From: Nymphaea colorata
Taxonomy: Eukaryota
Length of the DNA stretch: 64,000 nt
NCBI RefSeq assembly: GCF_008831285.2
Contig: NC_045138.2
Location: forward strand, 11,780,001 to 11,844,000
Reading direction: 5' to 3'
Part shown: piece by piece, positions 57,249 through 64,000 of the stretch
Layout: each line of letters opens with the position of its first letter
Position numbering within the stretch: the first letter of the stretch is position 1
Program-made: the position numbers and the translations under genes
The notes under the pieces: model-generated
What the model was told of the DNA's origin: nothing
Seen by the model: only the letters and a program-made list of their open reading frames with translations
Database searches by the model: none

Positions 57249-57404
57249 TGTAATTGTTATGCTGCTCTGTTTATGTAATTGCTATTCTGTAGTGCTTATG
57301 CAATTGTAATTGTTATTCTGTTTGTAATTGTTATCCTGCTCTGTTTATGTAATTGCTATTCTGTAGTGCTTATGCAATTGTAATTGCTATTCTGTAGTGC
57401 TTAT
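57249..57404. repeat. Compound minisatellite (2 x 74 bp built from TGTAATTG(T/C)TAT subunits)
   Basis: Units start at 57249 and 57323. Confidence 0.85.
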
Positions 57405-57949
57405 ACAGATTTTTGTATGTGGTTATCAAACAGGAACAATTGTCCACAGATTTTTGTCTGTGCCCATCATACACAGGCATAGAATTCTCATACATGGATT
57501 TTTGTCAACGGATTCTCGTCCATGGATTTCAATCGGTGGTGGCCATCAGACGTCCCCTGAATGTGACTGCTGCAACTTGAGATGCAACTCATAGCCACAG
57601 ACGAATAAAGAAGTAAACTCCAGAAGATGCAGGAAAAATAAGGGGAAAAAATGGAGTTGCACCAAATACTCAAAAAATTAAGGGAATTTCACAACTTTGA
57701 AACAATATTAGCTGTTGTCAAATAGCTATATGTACAGAAGACATCTCCACTCCCACTACCCCATTGCTGGTTGAATTGCAGGATCTATTCACTACCTCCG
57801 CCCAAGTACAAGCAACAAAATGGTATGTCACCAAGAATGCACAACCCTGTTCCCCCTTCATCTAGCGAGGGTCCATGTGAAAGCCAAATAGAAGGAAAGA
57901 ATTGGTGAACTTGCACAAGGATGAAATACTGCCACTTCCACAAAATTTA

Positions 57950-62806
<4,857 letters not shown>

Positions 62807-64000
62807 CTGCAAAGAATAAGAACTGGAAAATCAGTACCATGACAAAATCAAAATAATCAGTACAGAGGTAGCAGGTTTCTTATTTCAAATAATGAAGCAC
62901 ATATTCTCTGAATTCCTATTTTGGATTATCAAAGTATATAATCAACAGCAATAGCAGCACCCTGCCACCCCCAACAGAATTTTTTACAACACAATGCCAA
63001 TAAACAGCAATTATGAGGTGAAGCAGCTAGAGAATCTATAGGGCTTCCACAGTGGTCCTAACCCAAGCCAACTTCAAACCAGCAATGGTCATAATGGTGG
63101 TTGCATTGACAGGCAAGTTCAGCAGCAGTGGATGCTCAGTTCCACAACAAACCGACTGAGAAAAAGGAGGGGGTGTTCAAGAAGCATAAAGGCACAAGCA
63201 ACTAAAGAGAATCATTTGCCTGAAAACTGAATAACATAGAACTGCTAGACACATAGACAGAGATAAATTTAGAAGTTATAGATATGCTTAAGCCTTTGAC
63301 TTTTGGAAGTAACACAAACAAGAGATGCATGACGAAGTACCAACTACAAAGCAAATATGGTTTCCTCAGTGTTGCCATAATCACAACAAGACAATAGGAA
63401 CTTTAATTGGACTTGGAGCTTGAAGTTAAGGATCCAAGCGGAGAAAGAAAGAAAGCAAGAAGAAAGGAGAAAGGAAACACCTCTCTTGAATAAAAAAAAA
63501 GCACGAATATGGACACGGGTTGAAAAGAACAAAAAAGGCATCATCTCTTCAGGTAAAAAGTGAAATTAGCATCTAAATGGGAAAGAAAGAACTAGAGGAA
63601 AGTACCCACAAAGTGAGTCTTCGGTCAGGCAAAGGCAGTTCTCACGGTTTTGAAATAGAACGACAAATAGTTCTAAAGACAAACGAGATGTCCAAAAAAG
63701 GAACAAGACAGAAGCATTTATAACGATTAATAACCAATGGTATCAACTCCACTATTCCACATCAGCAAAAGACCATACACAATATTAAAGACAGTGAAAG
63801 CCAGAAAGAAGACCAAGCAACATGTCACAGGTAAAAAGTCTCAATATTCGAAGGCGACCTAGGTATTTAGGAAAAACTGCCACCCAAAGGCAAGGTCTTA
63901 CCAGAAGAATCTAAATGAAAAAACAAATGCAATTGAAAAATCAAATACAGAGTACAGAACACAGATGGCACCAAGGTATACAAAAATCAAGTTAACCGAG

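Noticed and set aside
57249..57404. Short repeats with variable spacing (CRISPR-like look)
   Set aside because: Eukaryotic minisatellite; the spacers are themselves repeated and there are no cas genes

Overview
Gene-poor, transposon-rich nuclear DNA from a flowering plant (GT-AG introns, plant-specific gene families, plant LTR/LINE/MITE debris). Three intact protein-coding genes, all on the minus strand: (1) plastid-targeted adenylosuccinate synthetase (PURA/ADSS; 4 exons, 7880->2799, 511 aa); (2) an ankyrin + RR-type tandem CCCH zinc-finger gene of the OXS2/TZF7-11 group (single coding exon, 28341->25993, 782 aa) with a predicted 5'-UTR intron; (3) the last 7 exons of a group III calcium-dependent protein kinase (62806->57950; exon 1 lies beyond the window). 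The intervening DNA holds nested, decayed Ty3/gypsy (chromovirus and Ogre/Tat-like), Ty1/copia, LINE, TRIM and hAT/Harbinger MITE remnants, PPR gene fragments, microsatellites and several tandem duplications. The most interesting signal is the 5' end of the zinc-finger gene. A predicted spliced upstream ORF overlaps, out of frame, a Met-Cys-Gly-Gly start (the ERF-VII oxygen-sensing N-degron signature) and stops 80 nt before a second in-frame Met. This suggests translational switching between a degron-bearing and a degron-less isoform; it is an untested inference. No rRNA, tRNA or CRISPR features were seen. TE boundaries and family calls were made by eye and are approximate.
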